Origin: Candidatus Poseidoniaceae archaeon
Lineage (GTDB): Archaea; Thermoplasmatota; Poseidoniia; Poseidoniales; Poseidoniaceae
DNA: 64,000 bases
NCBI GenBank assembly: GCA_938084675.1
Contig: CALKGM010000004.1
Coordinates: forward strand, 3,339 to 67,338
Direction: 5' to 3'
The position numbers and the translations under genes are program-made. This document shows, piece by piece, positions 9,939-19,012 of this stretch (positions are counted from its first letter, which is position 1; each line of letters starts with the position of its first letter). The notes below the pieces were generated by a model that was not told the origin of the DNA, made no database searches, and worked only from the letters and a program-made list of their open reading frames with translations.

Positions 9939-10610
9939 GTGTGCGGACGATTTGCATTAGGGCGGCCCATTGAAGAAATTGCTAAGGAAATTCTTTGTGA
10001 ACCTCTCTCCGAATTTACACCCTTTGCACCCTCGTGGAATATATCCCCACAAGAATGGGTGCCTGTCATTACCCAAACTGGAGTCCATAACGAACAAAAT
10101 GTCCCTCGACACATGCGTTTGATGCGCTGGGGGTTACGACCTTCTTGGGCAAAGGCGTCGCCAAGAGAGCCCATCAATGCCAGAAGTGAAACCGCTCATG
10201 AAAAACCAATGTTTCGCAATGCATGGAAGCAACGCCGAGGGGTGATACCGGCTGAGGGGTGGTACGAATGGATGAATACACCTCAGGGGAAAGTACCGTG
10301 GTACCATTACCACATGGATGAATCAATCTGTTACATGGCGGTCCTGTGGGAATCATGGAATCATGATGGCTCTTCGTTGGAATCATTCTCAATATTGACT
10401 ACCGAAGCCAACGAAGACTGTATGGAGATTCATCAACGGATGCCTGTTCTTATTGAGACGCACGAGATTCAAGCATGGCTTAGCGGGTCATTGGTTTTGA
10501 CTCCAACATCTGAAGGACGAGTGGACCGTCATCCGGTCTCACAAAAAGTCAATAACGCTAGAAATGAAGGTCGAGAACTGGTCGAACCAATTCCAAGATT
10601 GTTTGATTAA
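9939..10610 (+). CDS. SOS-response-associated peptidase (SRAP / YedK / HMCES family, abasic-site DNA-protein crosslink)
   Basis: N-terminus M-CGRFAL with the invariant Cys2 nucleophile; ...MRWGL.P.W...INARSET...F motifs; 223 aa. GTG start preceded by GAGGT at 7 nt spacing. Confidence 0.85.
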   Translation: MCGRFALGRPIEEIAKEILCEPLSEFTPFAPSWNISPQEWVPVITQTGVHNEQNVPRHMRLMRWGLRPSWAKASPREPINARSETAHEKPMFRNAWKQRRGVIPAEGWYEWMNTPQGKVPWYHYHMDESICYMAVLWESWNHDGSSLESFSILTTEANEDCMEIHQRMPVLIETHEIQAWLSGSLVLTPTSEGRVDRHPVSQKVNNARNEGRELVEPIPRLFD

Positions 10611-11002
10611 GAGTATGGAACATACGAGCCGTCACTGTTTTTGCTGTGAGGAGTTGGCTCAAAACTGCCGTCACCCTTCTTTTTGTAGTGATATCCATCG
10701 GTGTGGTGAACCCACGTAAACGATTCATCCTCGTTAGAGGATGCATCAAGTTGGGGTTGAACTGCGGCAGGTACTTGCTCCGCTATACCATCATAATTGA
10801 CTGATTGGTCAGTTGCTGCTTCAACTTTAGAAGAACCATCACCGAATAATGCGAGGGCGTCTTTGTACGCCGAAGCGTCAACTGTTGTCGAAGGAGCCCG
10901 AGCATTCGGGTCTTCTCCCTTCTTGTACGTAATTGCAGCAGGCGGTGCCTCATCCAATTCAAGGACCTCTTGCTTTTTCTTAAAGGGCCAAATCGGAGCC
11001 AT
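10607..11002 (-). CDS. small acidic low-complexity protein with C-terminal WW/DUF2510-like aromatic motif (hypothetical)
   Basis: The ORF runs 10607..11068. ATG at 11068 would leave only 9 nt to the divergent gene at 11078, so the internal ATG 11002 (MAPIWPFKKK) is preferred. C-terminus reads FTWVHHTDGYHYKKKGDGSFEPTPHSKNSDGSYVPYS. No TM or signal peptide. Confidence 0.4.
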   Translation of the reverse strand: MAPIWPFKKKQEVLELDEAPPAAITYKKGEDPNARAPSTTVDASAYKDALALFGDGSSKVEAATDQSVNYDGIAEQVPAAVQPQLDASSNEDESFTWVHHTDGYHYKKKGDGSFEPTPHSKNSDGSYVPYS

Positions 11003-11077
11003 GGTCTTGCGAGTCCAACCCTGTTCATGAAACCTACGAAAGCGCATTGAACAAATTATGCAAGTCATTGAAAGGGA

Positions 11078-13573
11078 ATGTCGTATCGGAGAACCATGCG
11101 ATGGATAGGACTAGCCCTTCTTGTCATATTGCATACAATTGCACCAATGGCTCATGCTGGTTCAGAATCCAGTGCAAGGGAAGGAGAAATTGTAGGGATC
11201 TCAGGGCCAAGTGAAGTCATCGTTCACCCCAACGAAACCGTTAGTACATACGTCACACTTCACAACCTCGCTACCGTCAATCAGGAATTTACACTATCTG
11301 TGGTCTCAATTCCATCCGTATTGAATACTCAGAACTTACCGCTTGCTGAAGTTCTCGTGCCCAATCATCTCAAGCAGATGGTATTCGGCATTTCTGCCGA
11401 TGAGAACGCACCGTATGCACAGCATGAAGTTGAATTTCGTGTTACGTCGGATTATGATGAAACCTATTCACAATCTGTTTGGATGAACATCACTGTAGCA
11501 CCCTACTCCAATCTCAAATTTGGCTCTGAGGATCTAACGACATTGACCGTTGATGAATTGGTCAGAACAGGAGTTGCAGTCAACATAACCAACAATGCAT
11601 CGCTACCGGACAATGTTACCTTTGACCTCTACAGCCCTTCGGGTTGGAATTGGGGTTGGACCATAGATTCTAACGAGGAAGGGAATGCCTACATCAACCT
11701 CGACCCTGACAGTCTTGCTTACGTGTATTTTTGGGTGGACATACCAGCCGTTGAGAACGGGATGCCTCTAGCAGGAACTGGCCCACGATTCACATTAACT
11801 GCAATTTCAGGCCTGGATAAAGCGATGACTTCGTGGTCTTTTGACCTTCATATGAATGAAAAACGCAACGTGACCATTGATGAGGTTGAAGAGAATATTG
11901 AACTCGCTCCGGGTGAAGATGGCCGTATGTTGGTCTCAGTTCGAAACGTAGGAAATACTCCGAATCGATTGAATATTACCCTCCAAGGATTGAACGGAGA
12001 AGGAGAGAACTTGCCGGAGTACGCTAATTCTGACCGATTTAATTACAGTGGATGGACCGTAGCCCTCTTTGGAGGTCTTGAAGATGTGCTGCTTCAGCCT
12101 AACGAATCCAGAACCGTTGAGGTTGGTGTGCAGTCTCCAAATATATTCACCGGGGAATTAAATGTTGAATTGCAAGTTTTTGCAAATGGTGCTCAACAAC
12201 TAACCAAGACGACACGCCTCAAGGCAACCATCAATCGTAGCGTTGATGCAACCCTTTCATTCACCCAGGAAGGGTGTAACATGCTGTTCGTTGGAGAGCC
12301 ATGCCGCAGTACCTTGACGGTTGAAAATGGCGGAAATTCATACAACACATTCAGCCTTAGACTCAATGATGTATCTGACGAATTCAATGCATCCCTAGCC
12401 CAAGAATCCTTACTTGTCCAAGTCGGACAGGAAAAATCATTCTCTGACGTGTTCATCAATGTCACTCAAGGCACTCTTGCATTCACTTCAGGTGAAGTCA
12501 TTGTGGAACTCTTGGGTGATGACCTAACCGTTTTGGATAGTGTTAACATGCCCGTCAAAGCAGCTCCAATCGTAAAGTGGTCACTTAGCAATGTTGTCGA
12601 GGACGTCAATACGAAAAATAGGCTTTCAATATCGTTTGAAGTTCGTAATGATGGTAACGCGATAGATGGTTTTGTGGTCCAACTTCAGTCAACCCACTCA
12701 CTTCCAATGGGATTAATTCCTCCGCAAGGGGCAGTTTACGAAGACGATACGGAATACCCTCGCTCTTACCAACTAAATGGAGTTCCGTTGAACTCAAACC
12801 TTACCATCCGAGCATGGGTTGACCTTCCAACCGACCAAAAAACAAATGGAACGGTGTTCATCAATACTACCATCACCTCCATTTTCGCTCCCGAAGGGCA
12901 AATGTTCGTCCATACCTCCCAAGGGGACTATCTCGGAACGCCGTGGCGAGCTCTGGAAGAATCAGAGGAAGGAACAGATTGGGCCGAACTTGCTGCCACT
13001 TCATGGGCCTACACCAAGGCGTGGTCAGGCGTAATTTTCGCCATCATATTCTCGGGTTTGATCATTTACAAGGCCCTCACCGACCGACAACGCAGACTTG
13101 AAAATGATGCTATACTACCGTATCAGCAAGTTGAATCTGATGCTTCGGATTGGATGAATAAATTTGATCCTGCTCCTGCGTCACCCACTGAGCCCGTCAG
13201 GGTTGAAAAGGCACCTCAAGTCACAAGGGAATCATTTGAAGCAGTCTTCCGCCAACAAGCAGGAACATCAACACCTGCTGCTGAACCTGTTGACGAACGA
13301 CTCAGAGAAGCCGCAACACTGGTTCTTGATGCAAGAACAACGCAAGCGCGTTTGGAAAAAGCAGATCAATTGCTTGGAGAGATTCAAACAGAAGGTACGG
13401 CCATACCTCATCCACTCAACCAAAAATTGGAACCTCAAAGCCACTCAGCCAGCATTACGGTTCGCCAAGACCCACACAATGTCATGCCGACCACACCAGT
13501 GAAGCCAGCAGAGGTTGCACATGTTCCGCTGCCTGACGTAAATCAAGCGCATGATGACGATTTGGAATTCTAA
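11078..13573 (+). CDS. type-I membrane surface protein (831 aa) with CARDB/NEW3-like beta-sandwich repeats
   Basis: Signal peptide MRWIGLALLVILHTIAPMAHA. Repeats such as LVSVRNVGNTPNRLNITLQG...GWTVALFGG...LQPNESRTVEVGVQSP. TM WSGVIFAIIFSGLIIY, then a ~170-aa cytoplasmic tail ending DDDLEF. Many N-x-S/T sequons. Confidence 0.7.
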   Translation: MSYRRTMRWIGLALLVILHTIAPMAHAGSESSAREGEIVGISGPSEVIVHPNETVSTYVTLHNLATVNQEFTLSVVSIPSVLNTQNLPLAEVLVPNHLKQMVFGISADENAPYAQHEVEFRVTSDYDETYSQSVWMNITVAPYSNLKFGSEDLTTLTVDELVRTGVAVNITNNASLPDNVTFDLYSPSGWNWGWTIDSNEEGNAYINLDPDSLAYVYFWVDIPAVENGMPLAGTGPRFTLTAISGLDKAMTSWSFDLHMNEKRNVTIDEVEENIELAPGEDGRMLVSVRNVGNTPNRLNITLQGLNGEGENLPEYANSDRFNYSGWTVALFGGLEDVLLQPNESRTVEVGVQSPNIFTGELNVELQVFANGAQQLTKTTRLKATINRSVDATLSFTQEGCNMLFVGEPCRSTLTVENGGNSYNTFSLRLNDVSDEFNASLAQESLLVQVGQEKSFSDVFINVTQGTLAFTSGEVIVELLGDDLTVLDSVNMPVKAAPIVKWSLSNVVEDVNTKNRLSISFEVRNDGNAIDGFVVQLQSTHSLPMGLIPPQGAVYEDDTEYPRSYQLNGVPLNSNLTIRAWVDLPTDQKTNGTVFINTTITSIFAPEGQMFVHTSQGDYLGTPWRALEESEEGTDWAELAATSWAYTKAWSGVIFAIIFSGLIIYKALTDRQRRLENDAILPYQQVESDASDWMNKFDPAPASPTEPVRVEKAPQVTRESFEAVFRQQAGTSTPAAEPVDERLREAATLVLDARTTQARLEKADQLLGEIQTEGTAIPHPLNQKLEPQSHSASITVRQDPHNVMPTTPVKPAEVAHVPLPDVNQAHDDDLEF

Positions 13574-13583
13574 GGTGGTTGGC

Positions 13584-14324
13584 ATGTGGGAAATTGGTGT
13601 TGATGAAGCCGGTAGAGGTCCTGTACTTGGACCTCTTATCGTTGCTTCTTGTGCAATCCCTAGGGAAGACATACCGCTCCTCAAAGAAATTGGAGTTAAA
13701 GATTCAAAGTACCTTAGTTCAAAACGCAGAAAAGAAATCGAAGAGTGGTTCAACGAACAATCTCAAACAAGAGGATGGAAGAAATTTCTTGTAAACTGCA
13801 CTCCAAAGCGAATTGACATGGCACTTATGGCAGACGGCCTCAATTGGCTTGAAGTACGAGCGTTTGGGGAGGCATTGACCGGTTTAGAATTGCGAGAACA
13901 GGTCAACATCACCAACGATGCCTGTGATGTGAATGAAATGCGTTTTACTCAGCGTATATCTGAACAACTTCAATCGTGGCCTTGGCGGGATTCACAGATG
14001 CAGAGTTTTCACAAAGCAGATGAGCACTACCCAATAGTGAGCATGGCGAGCATATTAGCGAAGGAAGAGCGAGACCGATGTATTGCAGAACTCGCATCAA
14101 GCATAGGTCAACCGGTAGGCTCTGGTTATCCCAGCGACCCGAATACCAAGAGAGCCCTTCATCTCTTAATCTCTGATGAAGGTATTCATGATGATGTTCG
14201 CTGGGGATGGGCCACTACAACCCGATTTTGGAGTGAAAATTGCAAAGGGGATGTCCCAGTACGAGGGACGCCACGGACGGTTCAACACGTTTTGTTTGAC
14301 CAAGACGATGCAAGCATTTCATGA
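13584..14324 (+). CDS. rnhB: ribonuclease HII
   Basis: MWEIGVDEAGRGPVLGPLIVA matches the RNase HII active-site motif (GxDEAGRGxxxGP). AGGTGG lies 5 nt upstream of ATG 13584; the ORF-track start 13551 overlaps the upstream gene. Confidence 0.9.
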   Translation: MWEIGVDEAGRGPVLGPLIVASCAIPREDIPLLKEIGVKDSKYLSSKRRKEIEEWFNEQSQTRGWKKFLVNCTPKRIDMALMADGLNWLEVRAFGEALTGLELREQVNITNDACDVNEMRFTQRISEQLQSWPWRDSQMQSFHKADEHYPIVSMASILAKEERDRCIAELASSIGQPVGSGYPSDPNTKRALHLLISDEGIHDDVRWGWATTTRFWSENCKGDVPVRGTPRTVQHVLFDQDDASIS

Positions 14325-16087
14325 AGGGATGCGACCAGGGCGGTTTGAGCCCCATGGATTGGACACCTGATGAGGATACGCTAGATTTGATCCGTCATGT
14401 CGCCATCCAAAATGCAATTGAATACGAGGGGAAGGGAGCCATTGGTTCTGTCATCGGTAGAATCATGGGTATGCGAGCAGACCTGCGACAACATGGAAAA
14501 ATTGTAACGGGATTGGTTGCTCAAGAAGTCAACAAAGCCAATGCATCTGCCGCTAGTGATGGTCTCGAATCACTCCGTAGCGTCCTATCACAAGAAGCAC
14601 CTCATCTTCTTGAAAAGCGAGAGGTGAAAGAACGTAGAACTGGCCTCCCCGACCTCAAAGATGCTCAAAAGGGTAAGGTCGTGCTCCGTTTTGCACCTAA
14701 TCCTAACGGCCCCCTTTCATTTGGACATGCACGGGGTCTTGTCATTAACAGCACATACAGGGAAATGTATGACGGTGAGTTCATCCTTAGATTTGATGAC
14801 ACAGATACCAAAGTCAAGCCCCCAATGTTGGAAGCATATGATCGAATACAAGAAGAAACAGCCTGGCTTACTGGCCGTAAACCAGACCGTGTGGTCATAG
14901 CATCTGACCGAATGGAAGCGTACTATGAACATGCATCTTTGATGCTTGAGAAGGGCTACGGATATGTTTGCCGTTGTTCAGCTGAAGCGTTCAAGGAGCA
15001 CCGCGTCGGGAAGACCAACTGTCCGTGCAGGGACCAAACTTCTTTGGAAAACCTAGAGTTGTGGCAGCAGATGCTGGACCGGAAATTTAGTCCTGGAGAC
15101 GTAGTAGTCCGTGTAAAAACCGATATGACCTTGAAAAATCCAGCACTCCGCGATTGGCCAGCACTACGCTTACAAGATACTGAAGCACACCCCCATCCTC
15201 GGAAATCTATCGGCTCGAAGTACGTAGTTTGGCCACTGCTTGATTTCCAAAGTGCGGTTGAAGACCACCTCCAAGGCGTGACTCATATTGTTCGGGGAAA
15301 GGACCTCATGGATTCTACACGAAAGCAAACGCTTCTGTACGAACACTTCGGCTGGAATTATCCTGAAACGATGTATTGGGGAAGAGTAAAGGTCCACGAA
15401 TGGGGTGGTTTTTCCACATCTCAGATGCGATTAGACATTGAAGAAGGTAGATATCCCGGTTGGGGAGACCCTCGTCTTCCAACGCTTGAAGGATTGAAGG
15501 GGAGAGGGATTTCTGATGAAGCATTAAGAGCGTTCTGGCTTGAACTTGGAATCACACAAAAAGACATCTCAGTACCGCTTTCTACTCTCTATGCACATAA
15601 TACGAAAGTGGTAGATTCAACCGCTCCGAGACTCTCGTTCATTCGTGAACCGGTGTTGTGCTCCCTTGAGGGATCAGAACTTCCAAAGACAGTATCCCAT
15701 CCCGTAAACCCAAATGACGAGAAAATGGGTTCGCGAACGTGGAACATGGACAAAGGAGCCGTTTACCTTGAACAAGACGACGTTGAACGAGGGGCACTTC
15801 GACTGAAGGAGTTCGCAGATGTTAACCTCGCGGGGTCCAAAGCAATAATTCATTCTTTTGAGCGTAGCGACAAGCGTTCAATTGTTCACTGGATTACAGA
15901 AGAAAACAGTACTGAAGGAACGTTGCTATCCACCTCTAACAATGAGATCATCACGCAAAATGGACGTTTGGAAAAGCATTCGCTCAAACCAGGGACCATT
16001 GTCCAGCTTGAACGAATTGGGTATGCCCGACTTCAAGAAGATGGTTCATTTATTCTCTGCCACGAAGTCTCAATTGAAGAGAAGTGA
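14321..16087 (+). CDS. gltX: glutamate--tRNA ligase, archaeal/eukaryal type
   Basis: VVLRFAPNPNGPLSFGHARG (class I HIGH region), FILRFDDTD, VTHIVRGKDL; 588 aa. ATGA start/stop overlap with rnhB. Confidence 0.9.
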   Translation: MKGCDQGGLSPMDWTPDEDTLDLIRHVAIQNAIEYEGKGAIGSVIGRIMGMRADLRQHGKIVTGLVAQEVNKANASAASDGLESLRSVLSQEAPHLLEKREVKERRTGLPDLKDAQKGKVVLRFAPNPNGPLSFGHARGLVINSTYREMYDGEFILRFDDTDTKVKPPMLEAYDRIQEETAWLTGRKPDRVVIASDRMEAYYEHASLMLEKGYGYVCRCSAEAFKEHRVGKTNCPCRDQTSLENLELWQQMLDRKFSPGDVVVRVKTDMTLKNPALRDWPALRLQDTEAHPHPRKSIGSKYVVWPLLDFQSAVEDHLQGVTHIVRGKDLMDSTRKQTLLYEHFGWNYPETMYWGRVKVHEWGGFSTSQMRLDIEEGRYPGWGDPRLPTLEGLKGRGISDEALRAFWLELGITQKDISVPLSTLYAHNTKVVDSTAPRLSFIREPVLCSLEGSELPKTVSHPVNPNDEKMGSRTWNMDKGAVYLEQDDVERGALRLKEFADVNLAGSKAIIHSFERSDKRSIVHWITEENSTEGTLLSTSNNEIITQNGRLEKHSLKPGTIVQLERIGYARLQEDGSFILCHEVSIEEK

Positions 16088-16125
16088 AAGCAAGTTAGAT
16101 AGAATACTTACCCCGTAGGTCATAT

Positions 16126-16536
16126 ATGGGCAAGACCGTTTCCAGTTTGCAACTTGATGATGAACACAGTACAATTGGGTCTCAAGACACTCTTCAAGAG
16201 GGTGCAAAACGTCTGTTGAGTATTTCAGGTGGGATTCTGGTCGTCCTCAATGATGACAATCATGTCCAAGGAGTAATCGGGCAACGTCAAATGATCAAGG
16301 CGCTGAGTGAAGGTGTTAACGCATCAAGTGCAGCCTGTCATGAACACATGGAAATGGACTTCATGCTCGTTCACCTTGATGACAAACTCAAAGCAGTCTT
16401 GGAGAACATCAAACTGCGTAGCCCACAAGCGGTTGTCGCAGTTGATGCGAATGAGGAGTTCATCGGATACTTTTCACCTGGTGATTACCAGGATGCTGTA
16501 AACTTGGTTTCAAACCTTCAAGACCTCAAGTTGTAA
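16126..16536 (+). CDS. CBS-domain pair protein
   Basis: 136 aa with two CBS-like halves (ILVVLNDDNHVQGVIGQRQMIKAL and AVVAVDANEEFIGYFSPGDY). TAGGT lies 6 nt upstream of the ATG. Confidence 0.55.
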   Translation: MGKTVSSLQLDDEHSTIGSQDTLQEGAKRLLSISGGILVVLNDDNHVQGVIGQRQMIKALSEGVNASSAACHEHMEMDFMLVHLDDKLKAVLENIKLRSPQAVVAVDANEEFIGYFSPGDYQDAVNLVSNLQDLKL

Positions 16537-18603
16537 TCAAGCTTCAAGACGAATCACACGTTGACAACCTGCGCAAGCAAATCGGTGCGGGCGCTCTGTT
16601 GAAGTGACTGGGTTTGGAACCTGACATGCTGGACATGGAATCGTAGGATAGTTGTTTTGAGTTCTTCGTTTATTCCGTGGGCTCAGTCGAGGACTGGCTA
16701 TTGCAGTAACCCACCAAATCAAAGTGCTCGCAATCACAGCACCTCCAACAAAAATAGCCGGATAGCCAAGGATCAAGACAAGCCCAACTACCGGGATGAG
16801 AACGAGTTCAGCGTACAGTACGGTTCGCTTTCGTTGGCGGGTGATGCGCATGCCCACGATGAATGCACCAAGTAAACCAAATAGAGAAAGGAGAGTGAGT
16901 GGCATTGGAGTGAAGGACACTGCTGTTGTCGGCACAGAATTCAAGCGGAATGCTTCATCTTGCATGATACCTTCACCCTCTAGGGTAATCTGGTCCCCCC
17001 ATGGCATTCGAAGAACCGAGAGTTCAAATTGAGTTGATTCTCTCAAGACACTGTTACTGAGGGATGTAAATGCTGATGTTTTAGCGGTTAGTGATAGTGA
17101 AAAGGAACTCCAGAGCGGTGCTGGCTGTACCACGATGAATTGATTGACCAATTCCAATTGCGTCCCCTCTGCAACAACTTCCGTTGTAGAAAAGCGAAGG
17201 GTGACTGGATGGTTTACGACTGCAGTTTCACCGTTGAGGTCCAGGTCTATTTTCAACGAAGAAAATTCACGAAACGTTCCGAGCAAATCTTCAGATTGTA
17301 TTCCAAGACCGCCGGCAAGGTATTGTGGACCGAGGTTTATCATTTGCCGCTCAAACTCTCCAATCTCTGATTCCTCAATGGAGCGGCTCACTCTGTCTTC
17401 TTCAGAGACAGATCCCTCGGAAAAAGCCCTGAGCGTTACGGAAAGAGCAGGATTTTCATCACCAATATGGTCAAGACCCCACCGCATCCAAAACGCCATT
17501 TCATCATCAATTGTTAGAGTGGTAACTTTTCTTAGAAGCAGCGTATTTCCATCCTTTGAAAGGTCCATTTGGATGTTTACATCTAGGGAACTACCGTCAC
17601 CGTTTGTGCGTAGTGGTTCATCGGGAGGGTAGTAAGTTCCGGTCCCTGAGTCTGTGTCAAATGTTTCAATTTCAAACGTGGTGGAGCCAGTTAACGAAGG
17701 TTGGTCGGGTTGAAACTTCAGTTCCACCTCCACGGAGATGGTTTCGATACCACCAGCGGCTTTATCCCAGGTCCATGTGACACGGACGGTGTCACTTGAT
17801 GCTGTTTCAATTGGGTCTCCAGTAACCTCTTGGCCGTTAACATTGAGGGAAATTGAATCTGCAAGTGCTAACGTGGAAAGCCCCCATGGTGAATCAAGTT
17901 TTACAGCAAGGTAAACATCCGAACCTTCAATTTCTGGCGTCGGCATCATAATATCAAGAATTGGAAGTATTCCCTCAATCGATGAAGGATTATCTTCACC
18001 GCCCCAAAGGAATTTCAGTTCAGCATCGGTTCCTTCGGGGAACGAAAAGAGAAGTGTATCTGCTTTCAACTCAAGGGTAATGGATGAAGAGTCCACGATT
18101 TCAAATGAATCTTCAACCTCTATTGAGAAATCAAGACTACCTTTTCCTTGACCGAGAAACGACCCACCAGGATCGGTTTGGGCACTGTAGCTCTTTGAAC
18201 CAATTGCGATGGAAGCAGTGGCATTAATTTGGGCTCCCACTGCTCCACTGACTTCATATTCCATGGAGAAGGTCCAGGTTGAGGAAGGTACATCCCCGCC
18301 CCATGTATTCGAAAGAGTCCACTTACCCACGGTTTCTTGAGAATTGATTGAGTTCTTCATTGAGACCGCTTGTGAATCAGTGCTTAACTCAGCAAAAAAT
18401 GGAGTCAATTGCTTGTTGCTATCGCTGCCAAGGAGGTATAATTTGACTTCGGAAGCATCGCAACAAACAATGACGTCGTCCGATTCATCTGCGGCTTGCA
18501 CCGTTGGTGAAACAAATGGCAGAACCAGTGTTCCAACAAGAATGAAGATGATGAATGATGCAGTACGCATAAGACCGACATGACGGCGAAAGTTCTCCGG
18601 CAC
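16537..18603 (-). CDS. membrane protein with large extracytoplasmic domain, C-terminal TM helices and terminal zinc ribbon (hypothetical)
   Basis: Signal/anchor FIIFILVGTLVLPFVSPTVQA. About 540-aa Ser/Thr/Glu-rich ectodomain. TM helices (PLTLLSLFGLLGAFIVGM; LVLIPVVGLVLILGYPAIFVGGAVIASTLIWWV). C-terminal CPACQ...x17...CAGCQ zinc-ribbon. Confidence 0.6.
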   Translation of the reverse strand: MPENFRRHVGLMRTASFIIFILVGTLVLPFVSPTVQAADESDDVIVCCDASEVKLYLLGSDSNKQLTPFFAELSTDSQAVSMKNSINSQETVGKWTLSNTWGGDVPSSTWTFSMEYEVSGAVGAQINATASIAIGSKSYSAQTDPGGSFLGQGKGSLDFSIEVEDSFEIVDSSSITLELKADTLLFSFPEGTDAELKFLWGGEDNPSSIEGILPILDIMMPTPEIEGSDVYLAVKLDSPWGLSTLALADSISLNVNGQEVTGDPIETASSDTVRVTWTWDKAAGGIETISVEVELKFQPDQPSLTGSTTFEIETFDTDSGTGTYYPPDEPLRTNGDGSSLDVNIQMDLSKDGNTLLLRKVTTLTIDDEMAFWMRWGLDHIGDENPALSVTLRAFSEGSVSEEDRVSRSIEESEIGEFERQMINLGPQYLAGGLGIQSEDLLGTFREFSSLKIDLDLNGETAVVNHPVTLRFSTTEVVAEGTQLELVNQFIVVQPAPLWSSFSLSLTAKTSAFTSLSNSVLRESTQFELSVLRMPWGDQITLEGEGIMQDEAFRLNSVPTTAVSFTPMPLTLLSLFGLLGAFIVGMRITRQRKRTVLYAELVLIPVVGLVLILGYPAIFVGGAVIASTLIWWVTAIASPRLSPRNKRRTQNNYPTIPCPACQVPNPVTSTERPHRFACAGCQRVIRLEA

Positions 18604-18636
18604 ATAACTTGAACTCTTCTTTGGGCCAAAATATGT

Positions 18637-18987
18637 CTAAAGTGCCTTCTCAAGAAGGGCGCCAAGTTCTTTTTCAAACAAGGTCACCAAAGCCTCTCCA
18701 ACCTCACCTTGCAACTCATCGGGTAGCAAACGAAGTCCGAGCCGTGTTGCAGCGCGTGTCGCTTTGAGTTCAGCGTAAATATTTCGGGCTTTTGAATGGA
18801 AGTAATAGGCGACTGCTTCCTTGATTTCTGCTTTCAAATCTGGGTCTTCGTCAACCTTTGCCCTGATGTGGGCTTTGAGTTCATCTTTGACAAGATCTCG
18901 GAACGCCTCGATAACAAGGTCCTCTGTAGACATCAGTTCTTGGATTTGATTTTGGATACTTCCAGTCAACAATCGCTCAATGGCCAT
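18637..18987 (-). CDS. small helical cytoplasmic protein (hypothetical)
   Basis: 116-aa ORF, charged and helical-looking (DLVKDELKAHIRAKVDEDPDLKAEIKEAV...), co-oriented 25 to 33 nt from its neighbours. No motif recognised. Confidence 0.45.
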   Translation of the reverse strand: MAIERLLTGSIQNQIQELMSTEDLVIEAFRDLVKDELKAHIRAKVDEDPDLKAEIKEAVAYYFHSKARNIYAELKATRAATRLGLRLLPDELQGEVGEALVTLFEKELGALLEKAL

Positions 18988-19012
18988 GGTTAGCGCATGG
19001 GGGGATTATGTT

